From an uncultured Gemmatimonadota bacterium (GTDB taxonomy: Bacteria; SM23-81; DAOVCL01): DNA of 64,000 nt. The notes below the pieces were generated by a model. It worked only from the letters and a program-made list of their open reading frames with translations, did not search any database and was not told the DNA's origin. The stretch is taken from contig CAZVGK010000006.1 of NCBI GenBank assembly GCA_964626665.1, positions 1 through 64,000 of the forward strand, written 5' to 3'. Below, piece by piece: positions 30,380 through 40,400 of this stretch (positions within the stretch are counted from its first letter, which is position 1; every line of letters begins with the position of its first letter). The position numbers and the translations under genes are program-made.

Positions 30380-32245
30380 CTAACGGATGATGACGGCATC
30401 AAACTGACAGACTTCATAACAGTTGCCACACTTGGTGCAGAGCTCCTGATCAATCGTATGTGGTCCCCCTCTCTCCCCAGAGATTGCCTGGACTGGGCAG
30501 GTCTTCTTACAGACCTCACAGCCGGTGCATTTGTCCGGATCGATGGAGTAAGTGATTAGTTGTTTGCAGACTCCCGCCGGACATCTTCGTTCCTCAATGT
30601 GTGCCTCATACTCATCACGGAAGTATTTGAGGGTGGTCAAAACAGGGTTGGGGGCAGTCTGGCCCAGTCCACAGAGGGAACTGCTCTTCACGGTTTCCGC
30701 CAGCTTCTCCAGCTTCTTTAAGTCCTCTAACTTGCCCTCCCCTTGGGTGATTCGCTCCAATATCTCCAGCATCCTCTTGGTCCCCACCCGACAGGGAACG
30801 CATTTTCCGCAGGATTCCTTCTGGGTAAAGGAAAGGAAATAACGGGCTATATCCACCGCGCAGGTCTGCTCGTCCATCACGATCATCCCCCCCGAGCCCA
30901 TAATCGACCCTGCCTGCACCAGAGATTCGTAGTCAACCGGGAGGTCAAGCTTGGCTGCCGGCAGGCAACCACCGGAGGGCCCCCCGGTCTGCACCGCCTT
31001 AAACCCCTTGCCGCCCGGAATCCCCCCCCCAATCTGGTAGACTATCTCCCGTAAGCTAATGCCTAAGGGGACCTCAATGAGTCCGGTACGTTCTACTTTT
31101 CCCGCCAAAGCAAATGTTTTTGTCCCCTTGCTTGTGGGGGTTCCATATTGGCTATACCAATCGCCCCCATTGCGCAGGATGTGGGGGAGGGTGGCCAGGG
31201 TCTCCACATTGTTGATCACGGTTGGTTTCCCCCAGAGCCCGGAGACCGCTGGGAACGGGGGACGGGGGCGGGGCATTCCCCTCTTCCCCTCAATGGATGA
31301 GATGAGGGCGGTCTCCTCCCCACAGACGAAGGCGCCGGCACCCTTTTTAAGCGAGATGGAAAAGCTAAAGTCAGAGCCTAAAATTCCTTCCCCTAAGAGC
31401 CCATAATCGTTCAACTGGCTGATGGCCAGCTGCAGCCTCTCCACAGCTAAGGGATATTCTGCCCTGATATAGATAAAGGCCTCCTTGGCGCCAATCGTAT
31501 AGCCGGCGATGAGGATACCCTCTAAGAGGGCATGGGGATCCCCTTCGATGAGAGAACGGTTCATAAAGGCGCCTGGATCACCCTCGTCAGCATTGCAGAT
31601 GAGGTATTTGGGATGGGTGGGGGAACTACGGCAGATCTCCCACTTTCGCCAGGTGGGAAACCCCGCCCCCCCCCTTCCCCTGAGGCCTGATTTTCTGAGC
31701 TCTTCTATGATCTCCCCCGGTTTCATCCCCAAGGCCTTCTCCAACCCCAGGTAGCCATTGTTGACCAGGTACTCCTTAATATCCTTTGGGTCTATGAAGC
31801 CGCAATTTTTTAAGACAATCCGTACCTGGGGGGCCAGCATAGGTAGGTCAAAGAAGCTGGGGATGCCATCAATCCCTCCCTCTCCCAGCTTACCAAGGGC
31901 ATATTCTGCACAGGGATCGTCTCTTAAGAGCCATCTTTCCACTAAGGCTTTTACCCTTTGAGGGGAGACTTGCTGATAAAGGATGAGGGGATAACCAGGT
32001 TTTTCAATCCCGACGATAGGTTCTAAGTAGCAGAGCCCTACACACCCCACTTCAATCAGATGGGCATCTATCTTCTTGGCTTCCAGCTCACCCCTAAAGG
32101 CCTGCAGCACCTCCAGCGCTCCGGCTGCCCGCCCACAGGTTGCTGCTCCCACCAGCACTCGGGGTCTTCTGCTGTGATCTGCCTTCCATTGGGAGTTGAT
32201 CTGTTCCCTTATCTTTCCCAGATTTTTTTCATTGGTTAGCGGCAT
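30380..32245 (-). CDS. HydB/NuoF-like FMN subunit with C-terminal 2x[4Fe-4S]
   Basis: GRGGAGFP, NADEGDPGAFM, GGPSGG, SCGKC..CR, EAH..CPAGVC and a ferredoxin tail. Confidence 0.9.
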   Translation of the reverse strand: MPLTNEKNLGKIREQINSQWKADHSRRPRVLVGAATCGRAAGALEVLQAFRGELEAKKIDAHLIEVGCVGLCYLEPIVGIEKPGYPLILYQQVSPQRVKALVERWLLRDDPCAEYALGKLGEGGIDGIPSFFDLPMLAPQVRIVLKNCGFIDPKDIKEYLVNNGYLGLEKALGMKPGEIIEELRKSGLRGRGGAGFPTWRKWEICRSSPTHPKYLICNADEGDPGAFMNRSLIEGDPHALLEGILIAGYTIGAKEAFIYIRAEYPLAVERLQLAISQLNDYGLLGEGILGSDFSFSISLKKGAGAFVCGEETALISSIEGKRGMPRPRPPFPAVSGLWGKPTVINNVETLATLPHILRNGGDWYSQYGTPTSKGTKTFALAGKVERTGLIEVPLGISLREIVYQIGGGIPGGKGFKAVQTGGPSGGCLPAAKLDLPVDYESLVQAGSIMGSGGMIVMDEQTCAVDIARYFLSFTQKESCGKCVPCRVGTKRMLEILERITQGEGKLEDLKKLEKLAETVKSSSLCGLGQTAPNPVLTTLKYFRDEYEAHIEERRCPAGVCKQLITYSIDPDKCTGCEVCKKTCPVQAISGERGGPHTIDQELCTKCGNCYEVCQFDAVIIR

Positions 32246-32248
32246 AGG

Positions 32249-32731
32249 TCAATCGTATTTGTTAAGTATCTTCATTGCCTTGAAAGGGGTCATCTTTCCA
32301 TAGACCTTGTCATCGACCACCACGACCGGGGCTAAGGCGCAACAGCCAAAGCAAGCAATCCTTTCCAGGCTGAACCTGCCATCTTCTGTAGTTCCTCCTG
32401 GTTTTACCTGCAGTTCGTCCTGCACAAAATCGAGGATCCTGGCTCCCCCCCGCACATGGCAGGCCGTTCCCAGGCAGACCTTGATTGTGTGCCTTCCCGG
32501 TTTGGTGAAGCGAAATTGGGAGAAGAAGGTGGCTACACCAAAGACCTCGCTTGCTGATAGCTTAAGATGGTCCGCTACCTGACCCACGGCCTCCTGGGAT
32601 ATGTAGCCAAGCCTCTCTTGCACCTCCTGGAGAAGGGGGATTAATTCACTGTTTTCTCTCTTGTGCTTTGAGAGGATGTTCTTAAACCCCTCCTGCGGAG
32701 ACTTTCCCTGTTTTATTGGGTGTTTAATCAT
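32249..32731 (-). CDS. HydC/NuoE-like 2Fe-2S subunit
   Basis: VCLGTACHVRG and CFGCCALAP. Confidence 0.9.
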   Translation of the reverse strand: MIKHPIKQGKSPQEGFKNILSKHKRENSELIPLLQEVQERLGYISQEAVGQVADHLKLSASEVFGVATFFSQFRFTKPGRHTIKVCLGTACHVRGGARILDFVQDELQVKPGGTTEDGRFSLERIACFGCCALAPVVVVDDKVYGKMTPFKAMKILNKYD

Positions 32732-32740
32732 AGGTTGCTG

Positions 32741-33193
32741 TCAATCATAGGATAGGCGAGTCTTCTCATCCGCCAGTAGTGGCCCAATAATTTTCTGCCA
32801 TTCTGGGGAGTCCCATGTCCCCAATTTTGTATGCACAGTGAAGTATTTCTGGGGAATTGGGTGCGTCCCCACAACCACCTCTATCCCATATTTTGCCTTA
32901 ATGAATTCTTGAAAATAGGTTGTGTAGGGACAGGGGGGGTATCCGACAACCAGGCCGGTGGCCAGGTGAATCACCTGCACCCCATTTTTGGCCATCTCCT
33001 CGGGGGCATATTCAATGTTCCCCCCCGGGCAGCCGCCACAGGTTGTATATCCAACCAATTCCAACTCCTTGGCCTCTTTATAGATGCTAAATGCCCCTTC
33101 CCTATTCTGTAGAGATCTAAAACACTTGCCCCCAGCGCACATCCGGTAACGGTCACAGATGATAATCCCGATTTTAATTTTGTTTTTCATCAT
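32741..33193 (-). CDS. CGGC-domain protein
   Basis: IIIC..CAGGKC, TCGGCPG, HLATG, CP and VVGTH motifs. Confidence 0.85.
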   Translation of the reverse strand: MMKNKIKIGIIICDRYRMCAGGKCFRSLQNREGAFSIYKEAKELELVGYTTCGGCPGGNIEYAPEEMAKNGVQVIHLATGLVVGYPPCPYTTYFQEFIKAKYGIEVVVGTHPIPQKYFTVHTKLGTWDSPEWQKIIGPLLADEKTRLSYD

Positions 33194-33454
33194 TGTCTCT
33201 TTCTATATAAAAATTGCGAAACGAAAAAATGCAAAGGGGAAAAGTAAAAATCATTATTGCTTCCTCTGTAAGGTAACATCTCGTCTGTCACTTTGCCTTT
33301 TTTCCCGATCTATCGGGACAATTTACCATTGCTGGCTGCAAAACTTGACACAAAATTTAAGAAGTTGCCTTATGAAGCCAGCTAGTATGATTAGACCGAG
33401 CCAAAAGGCGAGACTATCTGTGTCAAAGGCACTTCTGCGACCCGTTTTTGTTTC

Positions 33455-33546
33455 ACTTAGCGTCTTGCGGGTATGAGAAGTCCAAGCGAAGCGAGGATTT
33501 GGGCGGAGTGCCGAAGGCACGAAGCCAGATAAGCCCTGTTATAAGC
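33455..33546 (-). mobile_element. Integron attC-like recombination site
   Basis: Minus strand: R'' GCTTATAAC just after the cassette stop, internal hairpins GTGCCTTCGGCAC and CGCTTCGC, degenerate R' GCTAAGT. Confidence 0.65.
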
Positions 33547-33556
33547 CATTCCGCCG

Positions 33557-33955
33557 TCATTCCTCAAAATCAATCCACCCATTTCTTTCATCGAAGATTA
33601 TCCGAAATCTCTCAAATATGCCCATTCTTCCCATAAGCATCGGCACTTCTTCTACTAATGCCCACGCTATCCTTATTTTCAACCTTTTGCCATTCAACAG
33701 CAAAGTAACCCCTTTGAGAATATAGGGAACCCCTGCTCCTGAAACACCTTTAACCTCTTGAACGGCATCTTCTTTCTCCTGCTTAAAGCCAAGAGCTCTG
33801 CCAAAACGAAAGGGTATCATTGAAACATCAGCACCTGAATCTACGTACATTGGTATTTCCACAGCAAAACTATCCTTTTCCAAAATCACCTCTGCTACAG
33901 GGCGAAGAACAACCCCTAAAGTACTTCTTTCTTCTCTGAACCTTTGACGTATCAT
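33557..33955 (-). CDS. Retropepsin-like aspartyl protease
   Basis: LRP..., catalytic VDSGAD, C-terminal LMGRMGIFERF. Confidence 0.8.
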   Translation of the reverse strand: MIRQRFREERSTLGVVLRPVAEVILEKDSFAVEIPMYVDSGADVSMIPFRFGRALGFKQEKEDAVQEVKGVSGAGVPYILKGVTLLLNGKRLKIRIAWALVEEVPMLMGRMGIFERFRIIFDERNGWIDFEE

Positions 33956-34146
33956 AATACCAACATCCTTTCCTCAGGCACCTTTGCCACAAAGGGTCTT
34001 TCATGAGGATATTCTTGCCGTACTCTATCGAGCATTTGCTCAATATTCTCACCCTTTGCCACCACTTTGCCATTTACAATGATCACATACTTGTTCTCTA
34101 AACCTGTTTTATCGAGTGTTACATACACATCGAAATTCTTGCTCAT
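33952..34146 (-). CDS. DUF5678-like small protein
   Basis: KYVIIVNGKVVAKG motif; 4-nt overlap with the protease; AGGAGGT RBS. Confidence 0.75.
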   Translation of the reverse strand: MSKNFDVYVTLDKTGLENKYVIIVNGKVVAKGENIEQMLDRVRQEYPHERPFVAKVPEERMLVL

Positions 34147-34221
34147 GGCTCTACCTCCTTTACATTAAGAATTGGCATCAAGCTTTTTAATACCAACGGT
34201 GGAATTGCGTATAACATCCTA

Positions 34222-34372
34222 TTACCATTTCCCATCCCTCAAATATTGATCAATTGCTACCTTCGCCACCTTGCCTACGCCTATAGTCAGGATCAGGGTT
34301 GCCGCCCCGGTGACGATGTCCCCTCGCAAATACCCTCCTCTTGCTGGTCTTCCCTCCCTTTTCGTTAGCTAC
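34222..34372 (-). pseudogene. 3' remnant of an nfnB/gltD paralogue
   Basis: Manual translation KTSKRRVFA / frameshift / DIVTGAATLILTIGVGKVAKVAIDQYLRDGKW* matches the C-terminus of 25605-27002. Confidence 0.8.
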
Positions 34373-34913
34373 CCTTCAATTTTGACCACAGGGAGATCCT
34401 CTTTCGATTTGACCTTAATCGTCTCTCTGTGGTCTCATTCTTGGGGGAAACCCAGGAGAGGAAATAAACCCAAAATATGCAGGAACCACAGATGAACACA
34501 GCGCGGCAAAGCCGCAATAAAACAATTCACCGCAAAGTCGCAAAGAACGCAGAGTTTAAAGAAAAAGACTCACCACGGATAAACACGGAGTAACACGGAA
34601 AGAAAATAGAGATTACCGTCAACTAATCGTTTTATTTCATTTCCCTTTTGCTTTTTATTTCCTCTGCGATCTTAGAGGCTTTGCGGTTGACACAAAAAAC
34701 TTTGCCAAAAAAACAAGATCTTGCAAGATTGTATTACAGATTTTCACAGATTATATAAGTATCTTCAAGAATATAGGCTTTCACCTTTTAAGTGGAAAAG
34801 GGGGTCAAACTCAATTTTTAAGAGCTCTTCGTTTAGAATATCTCGTGGTTTCCTAACGCATAATCTGGGATAAACTCTTCAGAACATCCCTCAACCCAAT
34901 ATTTCTCAGGCAG

Positions 34914-34942
34914 AATGTAAAACTTAAGGAGCTAAATATCAA
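34914..34942 (-). promoter_or_regulatory. Candidate sigma70 promoter
   Basis: TTGATA-17 nt-TACATT, just downstream of the hairpin at 34973-34998. Confidence 0.45.
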
Positions 34943-34972
34943 GGGAAAATTTTCATAATCCCCCATAAAAGC

Positions 34973-34998
34973 GAATGGCCTGAGGATTCAGGCCATTC
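34973..34998 (-). terminator. Probable terminator after the glutamate-synthase-like gene
   Basis: GAATGGCCTGA-loop-TCAGGCCATTC, then GCTTTT on the minus strand. Confidence 0.65.
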
Positions 34999-35033
34999 TG
35001 GGAAATGGGATGGGCATTTGCGGGATTCAGTAG

Positions 35034-36614
35034 TTAGTCGTTGAGTATCTCCTCTGCCTCCCTTTTGTCTACATCCATAATATAGTGGATTCCGCTGATC
35101 TCTGCTGCTTCCTTAGTGAGGGCGGCGATGTCGTCCCGGGTGATATACTCCAGGGTAAACTTTCTCTCCCCAGCCATGATCTGCCGTAGGCCCTGGGATA
35201 ACCTTTGCATATAGGTGTAGAGCCCCAATGCCCCCGTAGGGATATCGTAGAACCTATCTCCCAATTGCTCCTTTAACTCTGGAGCAGAGATAAAGATCTC
35301 CTCGGCCTTTGTCCCGAACCTTTCGATATAAACCGGGACCTGACCTTCATCGATCCTCTTACCAATGGTCTTACCGACCATGGCAGCAGTGAGGGGCGCT
35401 CTGGCCATACCAATGAGCTTGAAGTAGGGAGCCCCTAAGGCCAGACCTTTAAAGATCTGATCTTCAAAGGCAAAGCCTCCGGCGATGGCGATGTCCGGCA
35501 CATACTTACCCTTCTTGGCAAGTTTGTCGACATACTGGTAGAGTAGCGAATGGAGTTCGATTCCTGGAACCCCCCATTCGTTCATCATCCGCCAGGGGCT
35601 CATCCCTGTTCCTCCACCGGCAGCATCTACGGTGAGAAGGTCGATCTTTCCCTCAGAGGCGAACTTCACTGCTCTGGCTAAATCCACAGGACGATAGGCT
35701 CCCGTTTTCAGGAAGACATACTTGGCCCCTCCCTCTCTAAGTTCCTGAACCCTCTTCAAGAAGCTCTCCTTCTCCACCATCCCTACCCGGGAATGCCTCT
35801 CAAACTCTTTGAAGCTTCCACTTTCAAAGGCCTTGATCACATTGGGATCCTCTGGATCGGGGAGAACGATATATCCCCTCTTCTTGAGCAACTGGGCCTT
35901 CTTGAGGTCCTTGATCTTGACCTCACCGCCGATGTCCTTGGCCCCCTGGCCCCATTTGAGCTCCACAGCCTCCACTCCGAGCTTTGAGATGGCATACTCT
36001 TGAACGCCGAGCTTGGTGTCTTCGATATTGGCCTGGACGATGATGGCCCCGTATCCGTCCTGCTGCCATTGCCTGTAGAGGTTGATCCTCCATTCAAGAT
36101 CGGGAGAGTGGACGATCTTACCGTTCTTTATTTCACTATCCACATCCATTCCGCAGACATTTTCCCCAATGGTCAAGGGAATCCCAGCAAGGGCCGCGCC
36201 AATGGCCAGCCCTTCCCAGTTGATTTTGGCGATGTTGGTAGAGCCCAATCCGGGAATAATTAAGGGAAGTTTCACTTTGATTCCCTTATCATGGCCAATG
36301 GCTGTTTCAATTTTGACATTTCGGAAAAGAGCCTTGTTGCTGTCGGCTTCGATACCATAAGCACCAGCGGCAGTGCCCAGGATGGTGAAATGGGAAAGAT
36401 CAACGGGGTATTCCTTTTCGCTAGCCGTGGTGATAATACCAAAGGGTTGAGGATAGATAACCTCTGTGCCCCTGTAGGCAGACTTGCCCACCTCACACAT
36501 CCCGATGCATCCGTCGACACAGGTTGTACAGAGACCGCTGAGCTTATTGATTGACTCATCCGTGCGATTCTTCGTCAGGGTGGCAGCGCTGGTGTTGATT
36601 CTTGAGTATGACAT
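35034..36614 (-). CDS. Stand-alone FMN-binding glutamate-synthase-family protein with N-terminal Cys cluster
   Basis: CTTCVDGCIGMC, IGEN, ELKWGQGAK.IGGE, D.AGGGTG, AGG; no glutamine amidotransferase domain. Confidence 0.85.
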   Translation of the reverse strand: MSYSRINTSAATLTKNRTDESINKLSGLCTTCVDGCIGMCEVGKSAYRGTEVIYPQPFGIITTASEKEYPVDLSHFTILGTAAGAYGIEADSNKALFRNVKIETAIGHDKGIKVKLPLIIPGLGSTNIAKINWEGLAIGAALAGIPLTIGENVCGMDVDSEIKNGKIVHSPDLEWRINLYRQWQQDGYGAIIVQANIEDTKLGVQEYAISKLGVEAVELKWGQGAKDIGGEVKIKDLKKAQLLKKRGYIVLPDPEDPNVIKAFESGSFKEFERHSRVGMVEKESFLKRVQELREGGAKYVFLKTGAYRPVDLARAVKFASEGKIDLLTVDAAGGGTGMSPWRMMNEWGVPGIELHSLLYQYVDKLAKKGKYVPDIAIAGGFAFEDQIFKGLALGAPYFKLIGMARAPLTAAMVGKTIGKRIDEGQVPVYIERFGTKAEEIFISAPELKEQLGDRFYDIPTGALGLYTYMQRLSQGLRQIMAGERKFTLEYITRDDIAALTKEAAEISGIHYIMDVDKREAEEILND

Positions 36615-36797
36615 CTCTCCTCCTTCTTCAAAGTAATGAGAATTGAGAATTGAGAAAAAATTAAAAGATTTTTGAATTTTTGCTACTCACTTCTGCTTCT
36701 TATTTTTCCCATATATGCTGTAAGCTATGTGTCTTTTTCCATATCTCTAAAACCTCAAAACTTTTTGTTTTCATTCTCGGTTTTTACTACTCAATTC

Positions 36798-37490
36798 TCA
36801 CTTCTGTTTCTTCTCTTCTGCCTCTTTTAGAAGACAGGCTGCACAGGGGTCCATAGAGCATTGAGCGTCCTCATATATATCAAGGCACGGGTAGCTCAAA
36901 TTTTGACAACCGCCGCAAAGGGTTGTGGGTGGTTGGGACCCCTGACACCTAAGCTGAACGACCGGACAGATGTACATACAGGCGCCACAGGTTCGGCAAA
37001 CATCCGACTTAATATCGAAAGGAGTGGCAATCTTCCTATCTTTCCCCCTGTTCACAAATCCTATTGCTTTTGCTCCCATCTGCTCCTCGCACATCCGAGT
37101 GCAAAGGCCGCAGAGGATACAGTCGTCATTTCTGGGTTTGAATCGAACCTTAGTTACCCCAAGTTTGGAGGCAAGATCCTGAATTGTCTTTGAGTTCGGA
37201 GAGGCGGCAACGAGAAGTTCTACCAGCATCTTCCGTGCCTTGATCACCCGCTTCGAATGGGTCCGCACCTCCAATCCTTCCTCTACCGGGTAGGTACACG
37301 AGGTTACCAATCGGCTTTTTTGAGGATCTGAGCCAATTTCTACCACGCAGAGCCTACAGGCTCCATAAGGGGAGAGTCCCTCGTGGTAACAGAGAGTGGG
37401 GATGGGAATTCCATAGAAGCGGCAAACCTCTAACAGAGTTTGCCCCTCTTCTGCCTGAACATCTATACCGTTCAATCTCAAATTTACCAT
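36798..37490 (-). CDS. HydA/NuoG N-terminal-like Fe-S subunit (no H-cluster or Mo domain)
   Basis: IPTLC..GACRLC..SC, CILCGLC..C, CRTCGAC..CP and a Cys-rich tail; start at MVNLR (37490) overlaps the upstream stop. Confidence 0.85.
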   Translation of the reverse strand: MVNLRLNGIDVQAEEGQTLLEVCRFYGIPIPTLCYHEGLSPYGACRLCVVEIGSDPQKSRLVTSCTYPVEEGLEVRTHSKRVIKARKMLVELLVAASPNSKTIQDLASKLGVTKVRFKPRNDDCILCGLCTRMCEEQMGAKAIGFVNRGKDRKIATPFDIKSDVCRTCGACMYICPVVQLRCQGSQPPTTLCGGCQNLSYPCLDIYEDAQCSMDPCAACLLKEAEEKKQK

Positions 37491-40400
37491 GTTTTTACTT
37501 CCTCGATGGCTTTCAGTGACTTCTCCCACTGATGAAATTTCTCCAAATCTACCTCCAGATCACACCGGAGACATCGTTTTGCCTCCTTCATAGCCATCTG
37601 TGCTGTGTATCCCAGATCCACTTCCTTGAAGTTGTCCTTCCTGGCGTCCACTGAAAGGGTAGGACCCTGGACCTGACCATAGGGCACGGGTTCGGCCTCC
37701 AGATCGTAGTAGGTATCTACATGTTTGGTGACCCTCCAAGGATACACTCGGGTCCTATCAGGTCTCAAGTACTGGTCAATGGCTACGGCTCCTCGCTCTC
37801 CTGCTGCCACAGCCCGGATGACCGTTGCTGGGCCCGTGGCCACATCCCCACCGGAGAAGACCCCAAGAATCGATGTCATCCCCCATTTATCAGTCTTGAT
37901 AGTGCCGTCCTTGTTCGTTACCACCTCCAGGCCGGTGAAAAGCTCCCTTATGTCCGCAAATTCCCCAATGGCAGGGATGACGGTGTCTACCTCCATCCGA
38001 TAGGTTTTGTCGGGTTGAGGGATCGGTCTCCTTCGACCACTGCTGTCAAACTCACCCAACCGCATGCGGACCACCTCAACCCCATTGACCCGATTTTCCC
38101 TCTCAATGATCTTCGTAGGAGCTACCAAGAACTCAAGCCTAACGCCTTCCTGAAGAGCCTGTTCAATCTCCTCTTCGAAGGCTGGCATTTCCTGTCGAGT
38201 TCGTCGGTAGAGAATCGTCACCTCCTCGGCGCCCAGTCGGAGTGCAGTCCGTGCTGCATCAATGGCCGTATTGCCTCCACCCACCACAACAATCCGCTTG
38301 CCCATCTTCACCCGCCGCTTCAAGTTTACATCCCGCAAGAAATCTACACCCTGTACTACCCCCCGAAGCTCCTCTCCGGGAATTCCCATTCTCCTATCCC
38401 CGTACATTCCCACAGCCACATAGAAGGCCTGGTATCCTTCATCGAAAAGCTCCAAGAGCTTCACATCCTTGCCGACCTGGGTGTATAAGTTGATCTCTAC
38501 CCCCATAGCCTCGATACGTTCAATCTCCTGTTGCACCACCCTCTTGGGGAGCCTATTTTCCGGGATAGCTATGGCCAGCATCCCGCCCGCCACAGGCAAT
38601 GCCTCAAAAACAGTCGGTTGGTAACCCAAACGGGCCAGAAAGTAGGCGCACGAGAGGCCAGCGGGACCTGCACCGACGATTCCCACTTTGTGGGGAAGCT
38701 TCTCCTTTGGGGTACCTCCCGGAGGAAGGATCAAATTCTCCTGTTCGTAGTCTCCGATGAACCGTTTCAACATCCGGATAGCCACAGGCTCATCAATCTG
38801 ATTCCGCCTGCACTTGGACATACAGGGATGGTCGCACACCCGACCACAGATTGAGGGAAAGGGATTGGTGTCCAGAGCCAGCTCGAGGGCCTCCTGGAAT
38901 CGCCCTTCCCCAATGAGTGATACATATCCAGGGACATTCATCCCAGCAGGACAGGCATTCTGGCAAGGAGAGATGAAGAGCTCCCGGCAGACACCAGCGG
39001 GACATTTCCGCTGCTTGATGTGGGCCTCATACTCGTCCCGGAAGTAACGCAAGGTAGAAAGCACAGGGTTTGAAGCTGTCTGCCCAAGGCCACACTGGGA
39101 GGTATCCTTGACCACCTGGGCCAGCTCTTCCAGAAGTTCCAGATCTCCTATCTTTCCCCTTCCCTCCGTGATGTCGGTGACGATCTCCAGCATCCGGCGA
39201 ATTCCCTCTCGACAAGAAAAACACTTGCCGCAGGATTCATCCTGGAGGAAATTCAGGAAGTACTTGGCCACATCCACCATACAGGTATCCTCATCCATGA
39301 CAACCATGCCACCAGATCCCATGATGGAGCCTGCCTCGGCCAGCTTCTCATAGTCTACCGGGAGATTCAGAAGATCCTTCGGGATACATCCACCAGAGGG
39401 TCCCCCTGTCTGAACTGCTTTGAATTGTTTGCCCTCGGGAATGCCACCGCCAATGTCGAAGATGATCTCCCCCAAACTCATCCCCATAGGTACTTCCACC
39501 AGACCGGTGTTGTTTATCTTGCCCACCAAGGAAAATATCTTTGTCCCCTTGCTCTTCTCCGTTCCAATGCTGGAGTACCAATCTGCCCCTTTAGTTATGA
39601 TCAGCGGCACATTGGCCCAGGTCTCTACATTATTGATGTTGGTTGGCTTGCCCCAAAGGCCCTTTATAGCCGGGAATGGTGGTCGCTGCCTCGGTTCTCC
39701 CCTTTTCCCCTCGATGGAGGCAATGAGGGCGGTTTCCTCACCACAGACAAAGGCACCTGCTCCCCTGCTTATCCGAATGTCAAAGTCAAAACCTGAGCCA
39801 AGGATATTTTTTCCTAACAGCCCGCATTCTCTGGCCTGTTCCAGAGCAATAGTCACATTCTTAACAGCCAGGGGATACTCATTCCGAACATAGATTATTC
39901 CCTCATTTGCACCAATGGCATAGGCTCCAATGACCATTCCCTCTAAGATGCTGTGCGGGTTTCCCTCCAAGAGGCTCCTGTCCATATAGGCGCCTGGATC
40001 TCCCTCATCTGCATTACAGATGATATATCTTTTGTCCCCTTTGGCCCTGCGGCAGAAGTCCCATTTGTATCCTGTGGGAAACCCAGCCCCTCCTCTTCCT
40101 CTTAGTCCGGATTTCTTCACCTCTTCTATGATTCCCTCTGGATTCATCTTACTAAGGGCCTTAGCCAACGCCTCATATCCTCCGACGGCTATATAATCTG
40201 TGATCTTAGTGGGGTCAACAAGGGGATTGTTACCAAGGATAAAACGCTGTTGTTTTCTATAAAAGGGTATCTCCTTCTCGTGGACAAACTTCTCTCCCGT
40301 GTTGGGGTCAGTGTAGAGCAGCCGTTCGATCACCTTTTTTCCCAGGACAGTCTTTGTTATAATCTCCCCTGCATCCTCTGGTTTTAAATGCACATAGAAG

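Noticed and set aside
34941-34958. Second Rex box
   Set aside because: Four mismatches to the consensus; too weak
37721-38488. 255-aa antisense ORF and the many other short overlapping ORFs in the track
   Set aside because: Shadows of well-supported genes on the opposite strand or in another frame, with no motifs
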